Positions 7,170-15,585 of a stretch of 32,000 bases of DNA are shown piece by piece (positions within the stretch are counted from its first letter, which is position 1; each line of letters begins with the position of its first letter). A program made the position numbers and the translations under genes. The notes under the pieces were generated by a model. The model saw only the letters and a program-made list of their open reading frames with translations, did not search any database and was not told where the DNA came from. The DNA is from Candidatus Brocadia sp. (GTDB taxonomy: Bacteria; Planctomycetota; Brocadiia; Brocadiales; Brocadiaceae), in assembly GCA_021650915.1 (NCBI GenBank), contig CP091279.1, forward strand, positions 3,450,001 through 3,482,000, in the 5' to 3' direction.

Positions 7170-8923
7170 ATGACGGTTGATAAAAAATCCCGAACAGCGC
7201 CATCGTTGCTGAGCGCTATGGTATTCATACTTGCAGTTTTTATAATAACTTTATTCGGATCAGGGGTTACCTATGGACTGAACCATAGTGGTAATATTGG
7301 CAGTAATGAGACATGGTATGCCGCCGATAACCCCCATGTTGTTACGGCGAGTATACAGGTACACAACAATGCCACACTAACGATCGAACCTGGATGTGTG
7401 GTGAGGTTTTTTCCTGGGACAACCCTTTACTTTGGATATAGCAGTGGGGCTGCATTGAAGGCGGTGGGAACGAGCGTCAATCCCATCACCTTCACCTCAA
7501 ATGCCGCTTCCCCTGCGCCCGGAGACTGGAGGGGCATCCTTTTCTTCAATCACACTGATGATGCAGAGACGATTATGGACTATTGCACGGTGGAGTACGG
7601 CGGGAATGGTGGCGAAAACTCCAACATCTATTGCAACGGAGCCTCGCCCGCCATCAAAAATTGCACAATGCGGTATTCTGATGGTTATGCAATGAGCTTT
7701 GGCAGCAACGACCTGGACGGCAATGTGACGGGGAATACCGGCAGCGATAACGGGGTAAATGGTATGGAGGTGCGACAAGGAGATATAACCTCAAGCCGTA
7801 CCTGGATGCCGCAAGGCCTCTACGTTACGGTAACGTCACGGGTACACGTACATTACAACGGCATATTAACGATATCCCCTGGGTGTGTGGTGAAGTTTGA
7901 TCCTGGGGCTTACCTTTATGTAGGATATAGCGGCGGATCGGGTACGCCCCCTGCTTTAAAGGCAGTGGGAACGAGCGGCAATCCCATTACGTTCACCTCA
8001 AATGTCGCTTCCCCTGCGCCCGGTGACTGGAGGGGCATCCTTTTCTTCAATCACACTGATGATGCAGAGACAATTATGGACTATTGCACGGTGGAGTACG
8101 GCGGGAATGGTGGAGAAAACTCCAACATCTTTTGCACTGAAGCCTCGCCCACCATTCAGAATTGCACAATGCGGTATTCTGATGGTTATGCAATGAGCTT
8201 TGGCAGCAACGACCTGGACGGCAATGTGACGGGGAATACCGGCAGCGATAACGGGGTAAATGGTATGGAGGTGCGACAAGGAGATATAACCTCAAGCCGT
8301 ACGTGGATGCAGCAAGGCCTCTACGTGATTGTATCATCATGGGTACACGTACATTACGAAGGCATATTAACGATATCCCCTGGGTGTGTGGTGAAGTTTG
8401 ATCCTGGGGCCTACCTTTTTGTAGGATATCACGCCGCATCGGGTACGCCCCCTGCTTTAAAGGCAGTGGGAACGAGCGGCAATCCCATCACCTTCACCTC
8501 AAATGCCGCTTCCCCTGCGCCCGGTGACTGGAGAGGCATTCTTTTCTTCAATCACACTGATGATGCAGAGACAATTATGGACTATTGCACGGTGGAGTAC
8601 GGCGGGAATGGTGGAGAAAACTCCAACATCTTTTGCACTGAAGCCTCGCCCACCATTCAGAATTGCACAATGCGGTATTCTGATGGTTATGCAATGAGCT
8701 TTGGCAGCAACGACCTGGACGGCAATGTGACGGGGAATACCGGCAGCGATAACGGGGTAAATGGTATGGAGGTGCGACAAGGAGATATAACCTCAAGCCG
8801 TACCTGGATGCCGCAAGGCCTCTACGTTACGGTAACGTCACGGGTACACGTACATTACAACGGCATATTAACGATATCCCCTGGGTGTGTGGTGAAGTTT
8901 GATCCTGGGGCTTACCTTTATGT
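7170..8923 (+). CDS. Secreted beta-helix-repeat surface protein, 5' part (gene interrupted by IS at 8924; the track ORF runs on to 9002 inside the IS)
   Basis: RBS aaggagg at 7153-7159. Signal-peptide-like N-terminus (SLLSAMVFILAVFIITLF). 167-aa repeats (..[41 protein letters not shown]..). The frame continues exactly at 12023 once the IS and one ATGT copy are removed. Confidence 0.85.
7350..8923 (+). repeat. Tandem 501-bp (167-codon) coding repeats, about 3 units, continuing after the IS at 12023-12260
   Basis: Antisense ORFs recur with period 501 (7497/7998/8499 and 7501/8002/8503). The units are near-identical at the nucleotide level. Confidence 0.9.
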
Positions 8924-9125
8924 AGTGTCTGAACGAAAACGCACTTTTTGTAAAAGTGCGAGGTCGATTTTCTATTTACCAATAGATAATTTTAAGATTT
9001 GAGATTAGGGTTTTTGGCAAAAATACTGTTCTTTTACATATTTCCCTTGTTTTCCCCTTTATTTTAGCCTTGTCTGGGCGTACCTGCCTCCCGGCAGACT
9101 GTTTTTCTTCGTGTTTTTTGCTTGC

Positions 9126-10588
9126 TTAGGCGGCTTTTCGCAACTTTTCGCACTGCTTCCGTGCCTTCTCCTGCAGCACGTTTCCCAGCTTGTGCAAATT
9201 CGCAGCTAACACGCCCATTGCACAATATCTTTTAAAGGCATGCAGCCCTTTGTCCGGACACCTATCCAAGCCGTGATGCTCCAAACGATTGATATCCGAT
9301 TCTACCGCCGAGTGCTTGTGCCTTAGCTTCTTAAATGTCTTACCCGATTCCTCTTCCTGTTCCGCCTTATTCTTCTTGCCCTTCTTGGGAAGGATTACCT
9401 CTGGTATATACAAACTCAGCAACTCTTTATTCTCTTTCTTGTAAAAACCTTTATCAAAACTTATACTCTTTATTGTGCCTTCTCCGTAACGGCTCAACAA
9501 CCTATCTGCCAATGGAATTACCAACGATACATCCGCCTGTTTTTCTCCTACCACATGGTCCACGATGAAACCCCACTGATCGCTTGCTACCAGAATATTA
9601 TGTCCCAACTCTACCCTTTTGTTTGACTTGCCTTTGTACAGCCACTCCGTATGCGGCTCAAACAACGAATGAACCTTTTCTGCCGCCGGTATTACCTCAT
9701 CCCGGATCACCCTTCTCTCCACCAGGTCTATCTGTTTATTCAACATCCCGTGAAAATACTCCAGTGTCCCTATTTTCCCTGCATGCTTGTCTACCTGGTT
9801 CGTCGTTAGCACCTTTTCGTAGATGGCTAACAGACTCGCTCCTATCTTTTCACTCAAACCCCTCGATAATTCCAAGTAACTCCTCACATGCTCTTCCTTG
9901 TTTTTCCCCCCGCTGCTTGACGCCTTTGCGCTTATCCTCATCAGCTTTTTTAACTCTCTCCTCCAATATTTGCTCTTGCGCCATCCTTTCCCCGCCAGGA
10001 TGCCTTCCTCTATTGCATCCTCTATCATGTCCAGACTCTTGCGTCCCGCATCCCACAATAAATTCATATCGGCGGAAAGTGTACATTCGTCTCTAACACA
10101 TACGTATCCACCTTAATACACAGTCCTTCGTCCTTTTTTTTAACCAACTGATGCCCCGATGATATCACCACTTCATTTATCTGCCTGAGGGTCTCCTCAT
10201 CCAACAATCTTATATTGTCCTTGATGCTCTGCATCGAAAAAACCTTCGCCTCTCCAAATGCCGTCTCAACCCCCATTATCTGCCTGATAAGTTTGTGATG
10301 GTTGGCAAAATCCTCCAACCTGTCATAATCGGCATCTAACCCTAATCTTACCACCGACAACACCAAAATATGCCATAAATCCATCCCATATCTTCCCGTC
10401 TTTTTCTTCCCCTTCGTTACCTTCGCCTCTAATATCCGGAATACCTCCTCGTTCAACTCCGGTGTAACATAGATATGTTGCAACGCCCTCAGTATCGGTG
10501 GTAGCTCATCTCGACTCTTTATTGGCAGTTTTACCCCTGAAATGGGTATGATGCCAAGCTTCAATTGCTGCTCAAATCTCTTTCTCAT
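9126..10588 (-). pseudogene. DDE transposase (IS4/IS5/IS1182-like, DDE_Tnp_1-type) split by a frameshift at about 10064-10070
   Basis: ORFs 10064-10588 and 9126-10067 overlap by 4 nt. The junction reads ..VDTYVLETNVHFPPI* / MNLLWDA.., where such transposases usually read HFPTDxxLL. Total span is 1463 nt, one short of a multiple of 3. C-terminal motif: HSAVESDINRLEHHGLDRC. Confidence 0.8.
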
Positions 10589-10612
10589 CTTCTATCGAAT
10601 GTCCTTTGGCTA

Positions 10613-11855
10613 GTATAACGTTTCACAAAAACATTGACAAATACTATGTTAGTAGATCGAATTTTTTCCAGCGATGAATAACGGGGGCTTCATTAATTTC
10701 AGATATTCCTTTTAATATTCTATTTCGCAATTCGACAACAGAATCAACCCTAATGTGCTTTAAGAAGGTTCGGGCCATTTTACCAAATAGTGTTTCCACC
10801 AGATTAAGCCAGGAGCCGTGCTTTGGAGTATGAACATAAACGAATCTATTTGGCCGGCTTGATAGATATCGCAAGGTCTCTTTTGAAATATGCGCAGAAT
10901 GATTGTCTAAAACAATTCGTATCGTATATGCTGATGGATAAAAGGCATCCAGTTCTTTTAAAAGCTCGATAAATTCTTTGCTTCTGTGACGTTCATGAAC
11001 CTGGGCTATTACATGCCCTGTATGCAAATCTAAAGCGGCTAATATGCTCACGGTTCCCAAGCGTTTATATTCATAATCTCGGAGAACCTGAGGACATTTA
11101 CCTGCTATAGGTTTTAAGTCTGGTGCAATATTTTTTATTGCCTGAACACCGGGCTTTTCATCTACGGAAACGGTAATCGTTCGATTGCCAGAAATTTTTT
11201 CTGAAGCATCTTGTTTGTTTTGCAGGTTAACCTCTTGGTAAACCATAAGGACGTCTTCCATTTTACGCTTAAATTCTGGATCCCGTTTCTCTAAATAATA
11301 GCGTATCTTATGTGGTTGTACGGGATGTTCTTTTAATATTCTATGAATCGTGGCTTTTGAGGCCTTTGAAAGACACGCATATCCCTCCTGGGGGGCATAT
11401 TTTCTTGTGTGTTTTGCTAAAAGGCTTTGCGTCCACAGTTCTGCTGCATATCCATGGTCTTTGGGTTTTGTGCATGCAATATTTACAACCCACATCTTTG
11501 CATTCTCGGTAATTGTGGGCTCTTTGGGCCGATGATATTTATCTCTTAGCGCTTCTTCCGGGCCTAACGCCAATGCCTTTTCAATGTATTTATAAATGGT
11601 TTCCCTGCTTAGCCCTATCGATTTTTGAATTGCTGTTATAGATTCTTCTTGATACTTCTTAAGAAGCACTTGTGCTCTCTTTACTTCCCGAAGAGGAGCA
11701 GTGCGAGATCGAGCAGTGTTTTCTAATTTGCATAACTGTTCCGGACTAAGAGATAATTTTGGCTTTTTACTAATTCCCGACACCTTGGCCTCCTTTTTTA
11801 AGGCCAATATAAATGCCGGATACTTATTTGTCAAGGTTTTTATGAAACGTTATAC
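10613..11855 (-). mobile_element. IS630-family insertion sequence nested inside the IS4/IS5-like element, TA target duplication
   Basis: About 32-bp terminal inverted repeats gtataacgtttcacaaaaacattgacaaata (10613-) and gtataacgtttcataaaaaccttgacaaata (complement of -11855). TA flanks both ends (10611-10612, 11856-11857). Confidence 0.85.
10644..11834 (-). CDS. IS630-family DDE transposase (apparently intact)
   Basis: 396 aa. N-terminal HTH-like region and a DDE triad in contexts VSVDEKPGVQA / IVLDNHSAHIS / SWLNLVETLFGKM. Confidence 0.9.
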   Translation of the reverse strand: MTNKYPAFILALKKEAKVSGISKKPKLSLSPEQLCKLENTARSRTAPLREVKRAQVLLKKYQEESITAIQKSIGLSRETIYKYIEKALALGPEEALRDKYHRPKEPTITENAKMWVVNIACTKPKDHGYAAELWTQSLLAKHTRKYAPQEGYACLSKASKATIHRILKEHPVQPHKIRYYLEKRDPEFKRKMEDVLMVYQEVNLQNKQDASEKISGNRTITVSVDEKPGVQAIKNIAPDLKPIAGKCPQVLRDYEYKRLGTVSILAALDLHTGHVIAQVHERHRSKEFIELLKELDAFYPSAYTIRIVLDNHSAHISKETLRYLSSRPNRFVYVHTPKHGSWLNLVETLFGKMARTFLKHIRVDSVVELRNRILKGISEINEAPVIHRWKKFDLLT

Positions 11856-12018
11856 TAGTGGGTTAATGAACCGAATATTTGGACTCTTTATACCCAGAAT
11901 CCCTTCATTTTCGCCATATTTTACCCTTTTACCCGAAAAAATTCAATGACTTTCATGAACATTTTTCACCAGCTTCTCCTTACTTTACAGGGCTCTGGGG
12001 GGTTTCCGTTCAAACACT

Positions 12019-13673
12019 ATGTAGGATATAGCGGCGGATCGGGTACGCCCCCTGCTTTAAAGGCCGTGGGAACGAGCGGCAATCCCATCACCTTCACCTC
12101 AAATGCCGCTTCCCCTGCGCCCGGTGACTGGAGAGGTATCCGTTTCTCCGATCACACCAATGATGCAGAGACGATTATGGACTATTGCACGGTGGAGTAC
12201 GGCGGGCATAGTGGCGAAAACTCCAACATCTATTGCAACGAAGCCTCGCCCGCCATTCAGCGTTGTCTTATGAGAAATTCCGATGGTAATGGAATTCTTG
12301 CGACAGGTAGCGGCGCACATCCCTTGATCTCTTGTTCAACGATAAGAAATAACAACTATGGTGTCTATGCACAAAGCAGCGCCAATCCAACCGTAGTCAA
12401 TTGCAATATTCATGGCAACACCAGTTACGGCATCTACAATGCCACCAGTTCCCTTACCCTCGCCGCTGCGGATAACTGGTGGGGACACACCAGCGGCCCA
12501 TCCGGCGTGGGGCCAGGTTCCGGCGATGCCGTGAGCAACTCTGTGGACTATACCCCATGGATGGCCTCATTTGACAGTTGTCTTGAGACGATTGTTTTAA
12601 GCCCGGCGTCTGCAACGAATCCGATCGGCAGTCAGCATACGGTGACGGCAACCGTGACAAATGACGCCCTTGAGCCCGTTGCTGATATTGCCGTATCATT
12701 CGAAATTGTCTTTGGCCCGCATGCCGGGGCAACGGGGACAGATACGACCGATTCCAACGGACAGGCGACATTTACCTACACAGGGACGCTGGAAGGCACG
12801 GACATAATTGAGGCGAGCTTTACCGATTTCCACGGCAGGACCATAACATCAGGTCCGGTCACAAAGACGTGGGAATCGTCATCCTCGACTCCGACTCCGA
12901 CTCCGACGCCAACGCCTTCACCAACGCCGACACCGGAGCCAACACCAAGTCCAACTCCGTCTCCGACACCAAGTCCGACCCCGAGTCCGACACCAACCCC
13001 TGCAGCATGTCCTTGTCCGGACGCAGAGGCGTGCTATTCCTTTGACGAAGGGAATGGGAATGTGGCTGGCGACTCGTCGGGCAATGGTCGTAACGGCGCA
13101 ATCGTTGGCGCGGTCTGGACCATCGGAAATGACGGCAGTGGTCTGAGTTTTGACGGGGTTGACGATGAGGTATCAGTCCCGACCATGAACAGCGAGGAAG
13201 TCTCCTTTAGCGCATGGTTCTATAAGAATGCAAATGATCCGTTGGGCTTTGATTTCATCTTCGACGGAATCAGGATGCATTCTAATTCACAATTGAATGA
13301 AGGATTTGCTCTCAAATTCTTAAAGAGGAATCCAAACGTAGTGGGTTTTGCTGTTGTAACACAAAACTCAAACGGAAGAAGGAAGCTGAGGACTGCGTCA
13401 TACGATCTGGGTAATTCCGTAGGTAGCTGGTATCATGTTGCAGGCACGTACGACAAGGCCACCGGCGAGCAGAAGTTGTATGTCAATGGGCAGCTGGTCA
13501 GGATGGTAAGACACCCGGCAGGAAACGGCATCGTTCCGCTGACCTCTTATCCTGGCATGAAAATCGGGAATTCCTTATCGAGAAAAGGTTGTTTCGATGG
13601 AGTCATCGATGGGGTTTGTATTTCCCATCGGGCATTGACCGAGCAGGAGGTGCTGGACATTTTTAACAATTAA
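12019..13673 (+). CDS. Surface protein, 3' part: last beta-helix repeats, Big-like domain, Pro/Thr/Ser linker, LamG/ConA-like lectin domain
   Basis: Host sequence resumes at 12023 (..[28 protein letters not shown]..). The first ~25 codons of track ORF 11946-13673 are IS sequence. Also seen: ..[20 protein letters not shown].. (Ig-like), a PT/PS linker at about 12888-13001, and ..[13 protein letters not shown]...WYHVAGTYD...LYVNGQLV (LamG-like). Confidence 0.85.
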
Positions 13674-13682
13674 CCTGATGAT

Positions 13683-13713
13683 CCGGAGAGCGAAGTGCCC
13701 CTTCGCTCTCCGG
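13683..13713 (+). terminator. Hairpin terminator of the surface-protein gene
   Basis: Perfect 13-bp stem ccggagagcgaag / cttcgctctccgg with a 5-nt loop, 10 nt after the stop. The trailing GTTTAT is only weakly T-rich. Confidence 0.55.
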
Positions 13714-13740
13714 GTTTATCGTATTACCGCGCAAAATCTT

Positions 13741-14195
13741 TCTTTTTTGTAACTATTCAGCGTGCTTTCGCTCACAATCACTACGAGTGAACAAAATATT
13801 GATGCTGTAATCCCGAAGGGATGTCATGATTATAGCCTGGCGCAGCAGCACAGCCGCAACCAAATTTCCTTTATGAAATCGGGGAGATTGCTTCGGAAAA
13901 GGCCCTCGCAATGACAGCGACCATGCACTTTGATGGCACACTGCATGTTGTCATTGCGAGTGAAGCGAAGCAATCTTTCACTCATAAAAAACGGCACCTC
14001 CTGAAAGAGGTTTGTGAAAAAACTTACAAAAAAAAGAAGTTTTTATACAGTAATACTATAGTGTCATGCAATTATAGTTAACCCCGTGGGGGTGGCATAG
14101 TATCGCTATTTTCCCGATATTTCACCCCTGCGGGGTTGAATATGGTGGCGCGTTTTTTCTATAATCATGTCATCCCTTCGGGATTTTTCAAAAAG
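13741..14195. repeat. Largest composite repeat locus: R1 (13741-13835), B reversed (13836-13975), A reversed (13985-14060), C (14050-14190)
   Basis: Each module matches copies at 6124-6610, 15130-15535, 19403-19629 and 27622-27800. ORF 13753-13941 is a translation artefact of the repeat. Confidence 0.9.
14136..14165 (+). promoter_or_regulatory. Repeat-borne promoter-like element TTGAAT-N18-TATAAT
   Basis: TTGAAT at 14136-14141, TATAAT at 14160-14165, followed by catgtcatcccttcgggatt (C(UUCG)G hairpin). The same arrangement occurs in the copies at 27742-27771, 6211-6241 (minus) and 15307-15337 (minus, TTAAAT). Confidence 0.35.
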
Positions 14196-15068
14196 CTAAA
14201 TTGTCACGAGCTTTTTCATTTCCTCAGACAAGGGCAACGGCCTGAAGCCCAATGAACGGGCCTTTGTGTTGTCAAGTGAGACGTCCGGCGGTCTGGGTGC
14301 CGCCATAATGACCTCTTTTTGCCTGGAGGGTATTAACCTGGCCGCTGAGATGTTAAGGGTGTTCATCAGCATCGCTCCAAACTCATACCGGGAGATACGC
14401 TCATTGCCGCCGATATGGAGGGGGCCGTGTACTTTTTCAAGGGACAGAAAAATTCCTGACGCCGCTGTGTCTGCGCTTACCGGAGTTCTGAATTCATCGG
14501 TAAAGAGCTGCAATTCCCTGCCTTCGCGCATCGCCGCTATCATGGGCTGAATGAAGCTTGTGGCGCCGGGCCCCGAAATACCAAACATGAGGGAGAGGCG
14601 GCAAACCGCAGTCATGGGATGGCGTTTCATCATGCCTTCCTCAGCCAATGCCTTCTGTTCACCGTAAAAGTTGACCGGACAAACGGGGTCTTCTTCACGA
14701 TACGGAGGGTTTAAGCCATCGAAGACCATGTCGGTTGAAGTAAAAACACAAGGGATTCCATAGTCTGCACAAAGGCCGGCAATATTGACTGAAGCATCCA
14801 CATTCACCCTTTGAGATTCTGCCCGATGGGTTTGACAAAAATTCAAACTCGTTTTCGCTGCGGTGTGAATTACCGCATCAGGACGTACCGTCTGAAAGAG
14901 CTTCTTCAATGCCGCAAAGTCCGTCAAATCGACTTTTGTGATTTTTACACCGGCAATAGCTTCAACGTGGGAAAAGGCCGTTCCGGTGATTTCCCATGTT
15001 TGCCTTGCAGCCTGGCAAATATTCCATCCCAAAAATCCACAGGCGCCCGTAACGAGCAATTTTTTCAT
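14196..15068 (-). CDS. RmlD-like NAD(P)-dependent sugar reductase/epimerase (dTDP-4-dehydrorhamnose reductase family)
   Basis: Start reassigned to the ATG at 15068 (MKKLLVTGACGFLG, Rossmann motif). YGEQK catalytic Y-x3-K. The upstream 85 codons of track ORF 14196-15323 are repeat sequence. Confidence 0.85.
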   Translation of the reverse strand: MKKLLVTGACGFLGWNICQAARQTWEITGTAFSHVEAIAGVKITKVDLTDFAALKKLFQTVRPDAVIHTAAKTSLNFCQTHRAESQRVNVDASVNIAGLCADYGIPCVFTSTDMVFDGLNPPYREEDPVCPVNFYGEQKALAEEGMMKRHPMTAVCRLSLMFGISGPGATSFIQPMIAAMREGRELQLFTDEFRTPVSADTAASGIFLSLEKVHGPLHIGGNERISRYEFGAMLMNTLNISAARLIPSRQKEVIMAAPRPPDVSLDNTKARSLGFRPLPLSEEMKKLVTI

Positions 15069-15129
15069 AGAGGTGTGTTTAATGCTGGCAAATGCTTTAA
15101 CCGGACAAAGATCGATAATGTCTGATTTT

Positions 15130-15286
15130 ATAGTCTTGCTGGATAAAATCTTTCTTTTTTTGCAAGGTTTTACAACCCCCTTCACCCCCTTTCCTAAGGG
15201 GGACTTAGTTGTAGTTTTTCTAAGGGGGAATTGGTTGCGGCTGTGCTGCGCTATGTAACCATTCAGCGAAAACTGCAAGACCGGAA
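15130..15286. repeat. Modular repeat (A + duplicated 'ctaaggggga' hairpin module + 'ggttgcggctgtgctgcgc')
   Basis: Matches 1597-1702, with the taaggggga segment duplicated. Confidence 0.8.
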
Positions 15287-15445
15287 AATCCCGAAGGGAT
15301 GTCATGATTATAGAAAAAAGCACACCACCATATTTAACCCCGTAGGGGTGAAATATCGGGAAAATAATGATACCATGCCACCCCTATACGGGGTTCACCA
15401 TACTTGCATAACAACATGCTATAATCATGACATCCCTTCGGGATT
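15287..15445. mobile_element. 159-bp MITE-like unit (module C) with perfect 27-bp terminal inverted repeats
   Basis: aatcccgaagggatgtcatgattatag (15287-15313) is the exact reverse complement of ctataatcatgacatcccttcgggatt (15419-15445). The interior matches the module C copies. Confidence 0.55.
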
Positions 15446-15535
15446 CTGTAATCAATATTTTGTTTACCCGTAGTGATTGTGGGCAAAAGTACGCTGCATA
15501 GTTACGATTTTATTGCGATTTTTCAAAAGTATTAC
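15446..15535 (+). repeat. Module R1, inverted relative to the 6124 and 13741 copies
   Basis: ctgtaatcaatattttgtttacccgtagtgattgtgggcaaaagtacgctgcatagttac versus the reverse complement of 13745-13812. Confidence 0.8.
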
Positions 15536-15585
15536 CTTTTTGCTTTTGCTATAGTTCGTTAGCTCCTTGTATCCGTTGCAGCGTT

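Larger units (their letters stand above)
8924..12018 (-). mobile_element. IS4/IS5-superfamily insertion sequence (about 1850 bp without its nested IS630 insert), 4-bp target duplication ATGT
   Basis: Imperfect terminal inverted repeats AGTGTCTGAACGAAAACGC (8924-) and AGTGTTTGAACGGAAACCC (complement of -12018). ATGT is duplicated at 8920-8923 and 12019-12022. Removing the IS restores ...LYVGYSGG... of the host gene. Confidence 0.85.

Noticed and set aside
6773-7228. 151-aa minus-strand ORF ending in ENRENRENRENRENSEN
   Set aside because: The tail is just the 9-bp tandem repeat translated. The ORF is antisense to the putative riboswitch, terminator, RBS and start codon of the surface-protein gene.
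7497-8796. Periodic antisense and off-frame ORFs within the tandem repeats (7497-7778, 7998-8279, 8499-8780, 7501-7695, 8002-8196, 8503-8697, 8074-8439, 8575-8796)
   Set aside because: They recur with the 501-bp period only because the sense-strand coding repeat recurs. The sense frame carries the signal peptide and domain continuity.
9335-10116. Plus-strand ORFs inside the transposase gene (9335-9568, 9584-10096, 9898-10116) and 11312-11949 inside or next to the IS630 element
   Set aside because: They are antisense to clear DDE transposase frames, and their translations are Pro/Ser/Leu-rich low complexity.
7350-13673. Diversity-generating retroelement target, as an explanation for the variable patches in the repeats
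   Set aside because: No reverse transcriptase or template repeat is in the window. The differences between units involve all four bases rather than adenine-specific substitutions.
15069-15323. 85-codon N-terminal extension of the RmlD-like ORF
   Set aside because: The extension consists entirely of repeat modules. A canonical Rossmann N-terminus, MKKLLVTGACGFLG, begins at the ATG at 15068.
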